Source of the DNA: a virus
Virus genome (UHGV): UHGV-1364187
Direction: 5' to 3' (one strand)
DNA length: 64,000 bases
Shown: positions 1-9,066 of the stretch, in pieces
How positions within the stretch are numbered: the stretch's first letter is position 1
How the letters are laid out: each line of letters begins with the position of its first letter
Notes under the pieces: model-generated
The model's database searches: none
What the model saw: only the letters and a program-made list of their open reading frames with translations
What the model was told of the DNA's origin: nothing
Made by a program: the position numbers and the translations under genes

Positions 1-2
1 TG

Positions 3-470
3 GATGCTATTGAAATGGAATTTGTTCCAATCACAGATAAATATTGTGTAACAATCAAAAATCCATCTTTATATGATCAACTAATTGAACCAACTTTCTT
101 AAGAGAGAAATATAGAAAAGAAAACGAAGAAAAGATTGCAATCATTTCATACATTGATACAATATATAGAATTGATGCTGCAAATCAAACACTTATTCCA
201 GTTGATTATAGTCTTAAAACTGAAGATAGTACAAAGATTATCAGAAATAAATACAGACTATATATGCAATTCTTAAATTCATTAAATTCAGATCAATTTA
301 CATACTTAACAAGCATCATTAATAAAGTAGTAAATGATCAAACTATATGTGAATTTATTATTCCAGAACATACATGTGAAAAATGTAAAACTAAGATTGA
401 ACCTAAAGAATCATCTGCATTAAAATTACTTTTTACACGTCACCAGTTAGCAGCCCTAGCGACTATCTAA
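3..470 (+). CDS. hypothetical protein; open at the 5' window edge, ATG at 15
   Basis: ORF in frame from window start to TAA at 468-470; contains a CEKCK motif; no recognisable domain. Confidence 0.4.
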   Translation, partial: DAIEMEFVPITDKYCVTIKNPSLYDQLIEPTFLREKYRKENEEKIAIISYIDTIYRIDAANQTLIPVDYSLKTEDSTKIIRNKYRLYMQFLNSLNSDQFTYLTSIINKVVNDQTICEFIIPEHTCEKCKTKIEPKESSALKLLFTRHQLAALATI

Positions 471-523
471 AGCTTTGTTATAACGTGTCTTCTAATTTAA
501 ATAGAGGAAAAACTTTATCATAT

Positions 524-727
524 ATGGAGGCAAGAAACTTACCTATTGGTGAGTTATCTTACCTCAATATGATTTTGTTCCAACAAAATAAATTAGAAGA
601 GGAAAGAGAAAAAGAACGTAAAAAACAAGCTGCTAAGAAAAATCAAAGAGGAAATAAACAACCTCAACAACAGCCAACTGGTGTTCCTGTAAGAGTAGTA
701 GAAGAAATGATAGATGAATTGACATAG
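524..727 (+). CDS. small basic hypothetical protein
   Basis: ORF 485..727; ATG at 524 preceded by AGAGGAAA; K/Q-rich low complexity; start uncertain. Confidence 0.3.
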   Translation: MEARNLPIGELSYLNMILFQQNKLEEEREKERKKQAAKKNQRGNKQPQQQPTGVPVRVVEEMIDELT

Positions 728-741
728 AGGAGGTGAAATCT

Positions 742-1035
742 TTGGATGTTTTACAATATAATACACCATGTATGAAAACCGTATTAAATGAATACTTTGA
801 GGAATTAATGATAGTAAACTCTATTATATATAAATCGTATACTATATTAGATACATATATAGACAATAAAGATGATAAATTATCGGTTAAATTAGATTTT
901 GTATCTGAAGAAGATTGTTCATATATGTATCAATTAGTAAAGAATGTAAATATTATTAGATATAATAATACATTTAATATAGTTGGATTTATGATGTCTC
1001 CGACTAGTATTATGATAGCTATACATAAGATTTAA
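742..1035 (+). CDS. hypothetical protein
   Basis: ORF 733..1035; AGAGGAGG RBS at 726-733 favours the TTG at 742 (in frame) over the GTG at 733. Confidence 0.4.
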   Translation: MDVLQYNTPCMKTVLNEYFEELMIVNSIIYKSYTILDTYIDNKDDKLSVKLDFVSEEDCSYMYQLVKNVNIIRYNNTFNIVGFMMSPTSIMIAIHKI

Positions 1036-1054
1036 GATTAGGATGACCTAATCT
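1035..1054 (+). terminator. stem-loop AGATTAGG-atga-CCTAATCT overlapping the stop of the upstream gene
   Basis: perfect 8-bp inverted repeat; weak T tract after it. Confidence 0.4.
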
Positions 1055-1105
1055 TAAATCTTCAACATGTATGTAAATATAACTCATAGAAGGGAGAGTA
1101 ATATA

Positions 1106-2611
1106 ATGAACTATAAGCGTTTAAAAATAGAATTATTAGATCCAGATAGATTGGTAAAAGTTAACAATTTACCAGAGATATCAGATCCAATATTCTTTAA
1201 GAGAGATAATATTCCTACTGAAAAAGGTTTATTGTCTAATGAGTTATTTGGTAATACTATATACGAAAGAGCTAATATATTTGCGTATATAGATCTTGGT
1301 GATTATTTTATTAATCCATTGATATTTAAAACTCTATGTAAACTAAATGCTAAGTTTAAAGATGCTGTTCATGGAACAAAATACTTTAAAATAATAGATG
1401 GTGATTTAGTAGAAGATATGAATGGTGATACTGGATTGGTTTGGCTTAAAGAAAACTTTTCTAAAATTAAATTTAAGAAAACTACATCTGAAAAAAGAGA
1501 TGTGAATATCGAATTTATAGAAAAGAATAGAAATCTAGTATTTATGAACAAACTAATAGTATTACCTCCATATTATAGAGACGTTGATACATCTAATGGT
1601 AGAACTAGTGTAGGTGGAGTAAATAAGATATATAATCTTATATTATTATCTGTAAGATCATTAAAAGAAACACAAGATTATGGATTAAATATATCTGATT
1701 CTATTAGAGGAAGAATACAGGATCAAATTATTGGTGTGTATAACTTCTTTACTAAGGGAGATGATATGACAACAGGTATTGTTTCAGAAAGTGCTGGTTT
1801 ATCTAAGAAAATGGGATTAGTTCGTAGAGCATTATATGCTAAAACTGCTGACTATGGAGATAGACTTATTATATCTTCTGCTGATATCAATTATGATAGA
1901 ATAGATGATATGATTGTAGATTTAGACCATTGCGGTCTTCCATTATCAGCATGTCTGTCTAATATGTTCGGCTTTATAATGTTCAATGTAAAACGTTTCT
2001 TTGAAAATGAATTTTCTTCTCCAAAATATCCATATATAGATAAGAATGGGGAATTAAATTATGTAACAGTAAAGGATCCAAACTTAGCATTTTCAGATGA
2101 AGTTATTAAACATGAATTGGAAAGATTCATTAAGGGATATTCTAATCGTTTTATACCTATAGAAGTTCCGAATGAAGAAGGAAAGAAAATCTATATGAGA
2201 TTTAAAGGACGTAATAAAGTATTAACTAATGAAGATGATATGGATGATAAAACTGGTATTATTAATCGTAGATTAACATGGTGTGATGTTTTTTATATGG
2301 CTGCTGTTGAGTCTGCTAAAGATAAACATGCACTTTTAACACGTTATCCACTAAATGACTATTTTGGTCAAGTGCCAAATAAGATACATGTGTTATCTAC
2401 TATTAAGACAGAAAAAGTAATACTAGATGGACAAATATATCCATACTATCCATATATAAGAGAAGAAATGATTGGGACAGATACTTCTAATATGTTTATA
2501 GATACACTTCAAATATCAAATCTTTTATTAAAGGGACTAGAAGGTGACTTTAAAATAACCCATTGGAGTCATCTCTGTTGTTATAAACAACTAAAACAAA
2601 AACCTCTTTAA
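1106..2611 (+). CDS. multisubunit RNA polymerase beta-prime homolog, N-terminal fragment (exon 1; 3' end reads into a group I intron)
   Basis: RBS GAAGGGAGAG then ATG at 1106. GLLSNELFGNTIYERANIFAYIDLGDYFINPLIFKTL matches the beta-prime GLFCxxIFGP...GHIELAxPxxHIWF region. KLIVLPPYYRDVD matches the LPVLPPDLRP region. GLVRRALYAKTADYGDRLIIS...DLDHCGLPLSA matches the [26 protein letters not shown]...LHQCGLPKKMA region. No N-terminal zinc finger. The last ~15 codons (HWSHLCCYKQLKQKPL) are probably intron-encoded read-through. Confidence 0.75.
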   Translation: MNYKRLKIELLDPDRLVKVNNLPEISDPIFFKRDNIPTEKGLLSNELFGNTIYERANIFAYIDLGDYFINPLIFKTLCKLNAKFKDAVHGTKYFKIIDGDLVEDMNGDTGLVWLKENFSKIKFKKTTSEKRDVNIEFIEKNRNLVFMNKLIVLPPYYRDVDTSNGRTSVGGVNKIYNLILLSVRSLKETQDYGLNISDSIRGRIQDQIIGVYNFFTKGDDMTTGIVSESAGLSKKMGLVRRALYAKTADYGDRLIISSADINYDRIDDMIVDLDHCGLPLSACLSNMFGFIMFNVKRFFENEFSSPKYPYIDKNGELNYVTVKDPNLAFSDEVIKHELERFIKGYSNRFIPIEVPNEEGKKIYMRFKGRNKVLTNEDDMDDKTGIINRRLTWCDVFYMAAVESAKDKHALLTRYPLNDYFGQVPNKIHVLSTIKTEKVILDGQIYPYYPYIREEMIGTDTSNMFIDTLQISNLLLKGLEGDFKITHWSHLCCYKQLKQKPL

Positions 2612-3990
2612 CTGCTGGAAACTCCTTAGAGCTAAATAAACTACAACGTAATCTGTAAAGATAAGCGTGAATGTTTGAAAATTATTTAGATTGGACAATC
2701 AGCAGCCAAGTTATCAATTATAATTTAACAATAAATGAAATTATATAAGTGATAGTAATACATATTACTATACTAAAATATATAAGGAGGTATTGTTATG
2801 AATGATAATTTCATAGTACCAGCATTTATTGTTAAAGAAAAAAGTAAGAGAAGAATTTATGGAACATCTTTTACAAAAAGAACAAGAACTTATATTTTAT
2901 GGCTACACTATATTTGAATATCCAGAAGAATGGAGACCTATAGAATGCTTTGATATTAAAAAAGGATTATACTTAATATCTAATTATGGTCGTGTGTATA
3001 GTATGCAACACAATGTGAATTATCGGTTTTACCTAATGATGGTTACAGACAAGTTGTATTACAAACAAAAGACAATAAAAGAAAGACATATTCCATACAT
3101 AGATTAGTTATATATACATTCATTCCAAAAACTGATGAAGATATAATAAATCAAAGAGATTATATTAATCATAAGAATCTTCATAGAGATTGTAATTTCA
3201 CATGGAATCTTGAATATGTAACACCTAATGAGAATACTATACACGCTATAATTAATAATGCCATTGGTGAAGATTATTCTTATGAATATAGTGGAAATTG
3301 GAGTAAAGGTGAAAGAACATTCGGTGAAAATAACGGAATGTCAGAGTGGACAGAAGAACAAGTTCATATTATATGTCAAGCATTACAAGATGGGAAAATC
3401 TACAAAAGATGCATTAACTTTAGCTGGAATTCCTGTAACTGATAACGCTATTTATAATGTAAGTCATATTGTTCAAGGTAAAAGGTGGAAGTATATTTCT
3501 AGTCAGTATAATATTCAACAGAAATGGAAGATAACTGATAAATCCGATTTTGTAATTCCAGTATGTGAATTGTTAGAGAAAGGTTATAGTCCATCTGAAA
3601 TTTATGAATTACTTCCAGATATTCTTGGTAAAAGAGATAATGTATTACCGTTTATACGAGGTATTAAAAGACGTAAATATTATACTAATATTAGTAAGAA
3701 TTATAATTGGTAAAAGGTTCAACGACTATCGAAAAGACATGTGCAAACATGGAACTTAGTAGAGTACACTTTATATAAAGTGGAAATGGGAGGCTTCTCT
3801 ATAAAGAGATGAAGATATAGTCTATCCGATATAGAAATATATCGCTATACTTATACGGATATTATAAATATTTCGTTATTTATAAAAATGATAGTCGTAT
3901 AAGTATTAAATTCCGAAGATGGGGACCAACTTTCGAGTAAAGTAGCGTATACGCTTGAAGCTAATGATGAGCTTGATAAGTATATGAATT
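2556..3990 (+). mobile_element. group I self-splicing intron carrying a degenerate HNH homing-endonuclease ORF; boundaries approximate
   Basis: 5' block TAACTGCTGGAAACTCCTTAGAGCT...AATCAGCAGCCAAGTT (CTGCTG/CAGCAG pairing) and 3' core GTTCAACGACTATCGAAAAGACATGT...ACATGGAACT.AGTAGAGTACAC...AGTGGAAATGG...GATATAGTCT (P7-like GACTAT/ATAGTC) are shared with the second intron at 37.4-37.8 kb. The HEG ORF sits in a peripheral loop between the two blocks. Confidence 0.7.
2799..3713 (+). pseudogene. HNH/NUMOD4 homing endonuclease gene, interrupted by at least three frameshifts
   Basis: Frame A 2799-: MNDNFIVPAFIVKEKSKRR. Frame B 2829..3107: PEEWRPIECF...YLISNYGRVYS (NUMOD4-like). Frame C ~3026..3440: GYRQVVLQTKDNKRKTYSIHRLVIYTFIPKTDEDIINQRDYINHKNLHRDCNFTWNLEYVTPNEN (HNH motif). 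Frame D 3258..3713: GKSTKDALTLAGIPVTDNAIYNVSHIVQGKRWKY (C-terminal HTH typical of HNH HEGs). The shifts coincide with the A6 run at ~2836, the T4 run at ~3027 and the A4 run at ~3408. Confidence 0.7.
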
Positions 3991-4114
3991 CTAACTCATA
4001 TTATATCGACATGGGTGGAAATTGTATTCGTACAACGACCAACGAAGCAATTCAAGCTATATACTCTTTAACAAAAGTTGTAGATAAATCGAAATTAACA
4101 GATCCAATATTCTA
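3957..4114 (+). CDS. putative short 3' exon of the RNAP beta-prime N-fragment gene (LEANDELDKYMNSNSYYIDMGGNCIR...DPIF*)
   Basis: Open frame immediately after the intron 3' core, ending at TAA ~4112-4114 and followed by a strong terminator. The exact 3' splice site is not determined. Confidence 0.3.
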
Positions 4115-4126
4115 AAATATAATAAT

Positions 4127-4160
4127 AGATTACACTATTTTTAGTGTAATCTATTTTTTA
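4127..4160 (+). terminator. rho-independent terminator AGATTACACTA-ttttt-TAGTGTAATCT then TTTTTTA
   Basis: 11-bp perfect stem plus T tract right after the 4114 stop. Confidence 0.75.
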
Positions 4161-4206
4161 ATTATATATTATACATATGAATATAATATTAAAAGGAGAG
4201 ATGTAT

Positions 4207-4380
4207 TATGGAAAAAGGAATTAAAGCATTAGGATTAGATATCCTTTTAAATGATAAAGATCAGAGAGTAAGAAGAAAAGTAGCAAGACATGGATATGGT
4301 TTAGATATCCTTGTTAAAGATGAAGATTATGATGTAAGAGCGGAAGCAGTTAAACAATTAAAATTAAGAAACAAATAATA
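4207..4380 (+). CDS. small leucine-rich-repeat-variant (LRV)-like repeat protein, 57 aa
   Basis: RBS AAAAGGAGAG. Internal duplication GLDILLNDKDQRVRRKVARHG / GLDILVKDEDYDVRAEAVKQL resembles the LRV/HEAT-like xxDxDxxVRxxAA repeat. Confidence 0.45.
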
Positions 4381-4399
4381 TTTAAGGAGAGTGTTTAGT

Positions 4400-4882
4400 A
4401 TGGAAAAAGATATTGTATTTATAGTTGAAGATTCTCAAAAGATTGATAATTATTTAACACTAATGTTTAACAAAATACCAGAATTTGTAGAAGAAAGAAA
4501 AAGAGACATATTAGAGAAAAATGGTATCGAATATGATGATATTAACGATTACTATATTACACCTCTAGGATATAAAAATTCAGAATGTAAAAGTATTCAA
4601 GAGATGTTTAAACATATAATGTTACCTATATTTATATATTATGATATTAAAAATAACCATGTTATATCATATAACTCTATATCTAGTTATATATCAAATG
4701 AACTCGAAAGAATTCCTATGGTAATATATGATAAACATTACAATGAAATATTAACAGTGTATAATATTAAAGAATATTATACATTTTTAGAACAGTATAA
4801 ATTATTCATCTTAAATTTATTTAGTGATGAATATTATGATATTACTATGGCGTTGACAAAACTAATGAATAAATGGGAGTAA
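4400..4882 (+). CDS. hypothetical protein
   Basis: ORF 4391..4882; the ATG at 4400 is properly spaced from AAGGAGAG; no recognisable domain. Confidence 0.5.
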   Translation: MEKDIVFIVEDSQKIDNYLTLMFNKIPEFVEERKRDILEKNGIEYDDINDYYITPLGYKNSECKSIQEMFKHIMLPIFIYYDIKNNHVISYNSISSYISNELERIPMVIYDKHYNEILTVYNIKEYYTFLEQYKLFILNLFSDEYYDITMALTKLMNKWE

Positions 4883-4972
4883 TAATAGATAGTATTGGAG
4901 ATGTGATATTTAACATATATAGGTATATATTGAATAAAATTAAAATATATTATATAACAAAGGAGAATTAAT

Positions 4973-5404
4973 ATGAAAAGTAAAGTATACTACAAATGTT
5001 CAGAATTAGTAAACAATGACGAAATTGATATGTTTGTTAAACAAGTATATCTAGCATTTTATAATGATGCTAGATATAAGAATTTAGTTGATGAATATGG
5101 AAGAAGATTCGATATTAAGAGGCCTCATATATATTTCCATAATATGTCAACCACTACAATGATAAGAAGTATTGTACTTTATCTTATAAATAAAGTACAT
5201 AAAGAATATTTATCTGTAGATTATGTTGTGTATTATGCTATATCTGTAATAGAACAAAAGTTAGTTAAGTTCTCTGTATTAGATAATATTATTGCACAAC
5301 AACTTTTACTATTAAAACCTGGAAGTGAACTTATTGATGTTATCTTATCACGAAATGCTATCGGTGAAGATGATGATAAAATCTTCTTTTGTAAAAGTAA
5401 ATAA
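4973..5404 (+). CDS. hypothetical protein
   Basis: ORF with RBS AAAGGAGAATTAAT ATG. Confidence 0.5.
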   Translation: MKSKVYYKCSELVNNDEIDMFVKQVYLAFYNDARYKNLVDEYGRRFDIKRPHIYFHNMSTTTMIRSIVLYLINKVHKEYLSVDYVVYYAISVIEQKLVKFSVLDNIIAQQLLLLKPGSELIDVILSRNAIGEDDDKIFFCKSK

Positions 5405-5442
5405 TCTCAATTATATATTATAACTATGAATAATATACATTG
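5405..5442 (+). promoter_or_regulatory. plus-strand copy of the conserved phage promoter motif TCAATTATATATTATAACTATGAATAATATA
   Basis: matches the consensus TTCAATTATATATTATATAAATGAATAATAATATT found upstream of many minus-strand genes, here in the opposite orientation; no protein gene follows. Confidence 0.5.
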
Positions 5443-5651
5443 ATTATATTATTGGAGCGTTATAATATTTGATTGGGAGACGATAATATGGTGACAAGAA
5501 TAAGGAATAGTATATCGTAATTGTACGGATGTCAAGACGTGTTATATTTAACTAGAAAGGGGGATTCGTACCATGCCAGACGATTACGAAACATACGGAA
5601 CAGAGTATTAAATAGTATTAATCCCAAAAAACATTAAAAACTGTTTTTTAT

Positions 5652-5692
5652 AAACACTAGATAGATTGGTAGCTATCTAGTGTTTATTTTTT
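5652..5692. terminator. terminator AAACACTAGATAG-loop-CTATCTAGTGTTT then ATTTTTT, between convergent transcription units
   Basis: 13-bp perfect stem; T tract on the plus side, A-rich on the other. Confidence 0.7.
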
Positions 5693-5693
5693 A

Positions 5694-6248
5694 TTATTTT
5701 CTGTGTTGTCTTCTTGTGTTTACATTTATTTGAGGTTTAACTGCTTCTTTTACTGGTACTTCAGTAGTGGTTTCTTCTACTTTAGTTTCTTCAGCAGTTA
5801 CTACTTCTTCTGCTGGAGCTAAATCATCAACTTTGGTTTCTTCTTTTACTGGAACTTCAGTAGTGGTTTCTTCTACTTTAGTTTCTTCTTTAGCTTCATT
5901 AATTGATTCTTTTACTAATTCTTCTGTAGATTTAACTTCTACAGCTTCATTCTTAATTTCTCCTTTAGCTTGTTTAACAGCTTCTTCAACAGCTTTTTCT
6001 AATTGAGGTTTGAATCCTAATTTTGTAGGATCAACAACAATTTTTCCACCATTGTCTTTATTATAATTAGTAAAGTTTAGTCTTACAATATCTCCATTTG
6101 GTAAGATTTCATCTACAGTAGCTCCTCCGACTAAACATCTGTAAATTTGATCTTCAGTCATTTGTCTATTTGAAAATTTACCAATTAATGGAGTAATATC
6201 TACACCATGTACTGGTGTGTTTGCTTTTACATTAACTTTTTTCATCAT
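5694..6248 (-). CDS. repeat-containing protein with conserved N-terminal domain and C-terminal (K)VEETTTEVPVKE tandem repeats; possibly virion-associated
   Basis: ORF; GC content above the local background; a ~95-nt unit is repeated at 5759-5795 and 5854-5890. Confidence 0.55.
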   Translation of the reverse strand: MMKKVNVKANTPVHGVDITPLIGKFSNRQMTEDQIYRCLVGGATVDEILPNGDIVRLNFTNYNKDNGGKIVVDPTKLGFKPQLEKAVEEAVKQAKGEIKNEAVEVKSTEELVKESINEAKEETKVEETTTEVPVKEETKVDDLAPAEEVVTAEETKVEETTTEVPVKEAVKPQINVNTRRQHRK

Positions 6249-6451
6249 TACACCCCTAACTGTCTATCGATTTCATCATCTTCATAATCATCTGGAAATA
6301 CACCATCTTCATCACAATCTAAAGTAGCAGATTCATTAATAGATGTTTGTGTATCAATTGGAACAGAACTAAATACTCTGTCTAAAACAGACTCTAATAA
6401 TGTTTCATTTTCAGATTGTTCTGAAATCATCTCATTAAATGTTTTGTACAT
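6248..6451 (-). CDS. small acidic hypothetical protein
   Basis: ORF; its stop overlaps the downstream start. Confidence 0.45.
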   Translation of the reverse strand: MYKTFNEMISEQSENETLLESVLDRVFSSVPIDTQTSINESATLDCDEDGVFPDDYEDDEIDRQLGV

Positions 6452-6453
6452 TG

Positions 6454-7671
6454 TTATTTCCTCCTTTTAGTCATTTTTACTATTTTGTTAGCATTATAAT
6501 TAAGTATATAGATTACTATAGGAATCAAATAGTATAATCTTTTATTTTTTGAGAATACAACTTCTTCTAATGTCTCTATATCAGCTTTGGTTATAGTTTT
6601 ATTATTCATGTAGTTTATAATTATATTCTCTAAGTGATCTGGCATATCTAATGGTTCGTCATCTACTATAGCTTCTATAAGTTTTACATCTATAGTTTCT
6701 ATTGTTGTATAACAAGCCAATACAAATTCATCTTTTTGAATATAATGTGGTCTATAATATGATTCTTGCCTCATACTCAATATAGAATTTATCTGATTTA
6801 TATTATCAAGATAAGCATTATAATAACAATCTTCTAGTTTATTTTTGTCTTTATCTTCTATATGCCTAAAGAATGTTTTATCATACTCTAATGAGAATGT
6901 TGGTTCTAGATACATTTGTTGAGTATAACAAGAAAAGTTCTTATCATATGATAATATCTTATTTCTTATTAAGAACTCATTTAATGCAGGATCATAGACA
7001 AATTGTTCATTATATTGTAATATGAAAGATTCTACTCTAGTATTAAAAAATAAATCTATATAATATTCAATAAGCTTAGAAATTAATACATCTATAGCAG
7101 TTAAAAAATCAAAATCGGTTTTTTCTATATATGCGTTATATTCTGTACCGATATTATTTATTACCATTTCATATTCACCGACTATCTTGTCTAATACACC
7201 ATCTGGGTTATTTCTAGTATAAGAATATGAAATAGAGTAAACTGTTTCTACTTCTGGAGTACCGTATTCAACTTTAGTAACTTTGAATAGATATTGATTA
7301 TCATAATGGTTTATAATAAAGTAATCATTTGCTTTTGGAACAAATCCTGGAAGCATAGTACATTCACCTTCTATATCTCCAGATTCCAATCCAAAATCTC
7401 CTAGTTCCATCGATAACGTGAGTTTCTCTAATCCATATAAGATTACATTATTAATCTTCTTGAACTTTATAGGCGAATCTTTACCTCTATCAGAATAAGC
7501 TTTAAGATTACCTTCATCTAATGTAGATAATTCTTCTGATTGAGATAAATATGTAACTATAGTTTTACCTTTATCTAATAATGGATAATATGGATTATTA
7601 TGCATATTTTTAAATCCATCTGTAAGTTTATCTACAGTATTTTGTATATTCATATTGACAAACTTTCCCAT
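6454..7671 (-). CDS. hypothetical protein (405 aa) with C-terminal hydrophobic helix
   Basis: ORF preceded by AAGGAGG; no recognisable motif. Confidence 0.5.
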   Translation of the reverse strand: MGKFVNMNIQNTVDKLTDGFKNMHNNPYYPLLDKGKTIVTYLSQSEELSTLDEGNLKAYSDRGKDSPIKFKKINNVILYGLEKLTLSMELGDFGLESGDIEGECTMLPGFVPKANDYFIINHYDNQYLFKVTKVEYGTPEVETVYSISYSYTRNNPDGVLDKIVGEYEMVINNIGTEYNAYIEKTDFDFLTAIDVLISKLIEYYIDLFFNTRVESFILQYNEQFVYDPALNEFLIRNKILSYDKNFSCYTQQMYLEPTFSLEYDKTFFRHIEDKDKNKLEDCYYNAYLDNINQINSILSMRQESYYRPHYIQKDEFVLACYTTIETIDVKLIEAIVDDEPLDMPDHLENIIINYMNNKTITKADIETLEEVVFSKNKRLYYLIPIVIYILNYNANKIVKMTKRRK

Positions 7672-7721
7672 AATAAAACCTCCTTAATATATTAATTTTA
7701 ATAAGATTATATAGATGTAGA

Positions 7722-7768
7722 CAAAAAATAAATCTAGTAAAGGTGCCCGAATACCTTTACTAGATTTA
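7722..7768 (-). terminator. terminator AATCTAGTAAAGGT-gcccgaat-ACCTTTACTAGATT
   Basis: 14-bp stem flanked by A/T tracts. Confidence 0.6.
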
Positions 7769-7875
7769 TTATATATATGCAGTAGTTTTAATAAACATTT
7801 GTAGTTTTTGATTATAATACTATAAGATGCTCAATATACTTGAGCACTATATAAATACGACAATCTGTTGTAGTT

Positions 7876-8022
7876 TTATTTCTTTATAGCACTTTCTTTT
7901 ATTTCCCATTTGATATTTGATGTTGCACTGTATCCTATACATAATGATGTAACATAAACTGTTACAGATACAAATACTATTAGTATTGCGAACATTATAT
8001 TCTTTTTGTTGCTTGTTTTCAT
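7876..8022 (-). CDS. small membrane protein (48 aa, MKTSNKKNIMFAILIVFVSVTVYV...)
   Basis: short ORF below the ORF-track cut-off with RBS GAAGAGG and one transmembrane helix. Confidence 0.35.
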   Translation of the reverse strand: MKTSNKKNIMFAILIVFVSVTVYVTSLCIGYSATSNIKWEIKESAIKK

Positions 8023-8043
8023 TTTAAAATAAACCTCTTCTCT

Positions 8044-9066
8044 TTATAGTTGTATAAAAGTGTCAATAATTCTATCTGGGCTTACGCCATAATCTTTTTC
8101 TCCGATACAATTATTAGTGTGCAGATATGTTGGAATTCCAAAAACCTGCAATACTTGTGATAGTTGTATAAATTGTGCGATATCTACTTCACTATCACGA
8201 TATATGTGAACTTCACAATAGAACATATTAAGTTTAATTAATTGGTCTATTAGTGAAAGATAATTTTTATTCTGTAATGCATAGTATATACCTGGTTCTC
8301 TATTACGAAGATTTAAATATACCGATAATATATCAAAAGGACCTTCTGCCAAGCACACTAGCGTTCTTTTAGATGTATTTAAATATACCTGAGTAGGTAT
8401 AATATAATATGAATCATCCATATCATCATTGAATATTTTGTAGTTTACATATCTCTTATCTACATATTTAGAGACTTTCCCTTCTCTAAGATTTCTCATA
8501 TTTATAGCACCATTATGTCCAGCTATAAAACCAATAAATGAAGAGTTTAACTCATCCATTACCATTGGATATCTAGTATATTCTTTTATGTTATTATAAT
8601 TCAATAGATCATATAGATTTAAAACTATTTTAAGATTTATAATATCATTATAAGTAAGTTGAGTTCCTAAGCGTTTATTTATAAAAGCAAGTTTAAGTTC
8701 ACTCATCTTACTATCTGATATATACCCGTTCTGAATTGTATATATTCTTTGATTATTCTTATTTACTCTTGGTTTATATTTTGATTCTTTATACCCTTTG
8801 TTTAATTCTAATGCTAATTCAGAATCAAATATACCAATTGAATTTAAAAATTGAGTTGTGACTATTCCGCTATTAGGACATCTTTTACAATGGTACATCG
8901 GAATACCATTATTCATTCCTATATATAAATGTGTTGAATGATCGTCACAATTATTACATCTCATACATACTTCATTACCACCAGAACATGGTCTGGCTGA
9001 AGAAATATTTTCTAATAGCAAGCTTTTAAGATGTTCCCATATGTCTATATCTGCCATATTATTCAC
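8044..9066 (-). CDS. DNA primase (zinc-ribbon plus TOPRIM)
   Basis: Zinc ribbon: CSGGNEVCMRCNNCDDHSTH...HCKRCPNSG. TOPRIM: LAEGPFDILSVY with the E, plus YRDSEVD with the DxD. Confidence 0.7.
   Translation of the reverse strand: MNNMADIDIWEHLKSLLLENISSARPCSGGNEVCMRCNNCDDHSTHLYIGMNNGIPMYHCKRCPNSGIVTTQFLNSIGIFDSELALELNKGYKESKYKPRVNKNNQRIYTIQNGYISDSKMSELKLAFINKRLGTQLTYNDIINLKIVLNLYDLLNYNNIKEYTRYPMVMDELNSSFIGFIAGHNGAINMRNLREGKVSKYVDKRYVNYKIFNDDMDDSYYIIPTQVYLNTSKRTLVCLAEGPFDILSVYLNLRNREPGIYYALQNKNYLSLIDQLIKLNMFYCEVHIYRDSEVDIAQFIQLSQVLQVFGIPTYLHTNNCIGEKDYGVSPDRIIDTFIQL

Noticed and set aside
450-530. GC-richer patch with a GACTAT word between ORFs 15..470 and 524..727, as a possible third (mini) intron
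   Set aside because: It is only about 60 nt long, far too short for a group I core, and lacks the conserved blocks seen in the two real introns.
5767-6006. Plus-strand ORFs antisense to minus-strand genes (5767..6006, 9895..10245, 10731..10925, 12063..12320, 15347..15580, 16165..16563, 22140..22361, 28397..28729, 31107..31352, 44138..44344, 45111..45374, 45533..45895, 51848..52324, 56751..57008, 57652..57970, 58236..58532, 60647..60904, 62978..63178 and similar)
   Set aside because: They are fully embedded opposite longer, homology-supported or RBS-supported genes. They lack an RBS and have low-complexity or hydrophobic composition typical of chance ORFs in AT-rich DNA.
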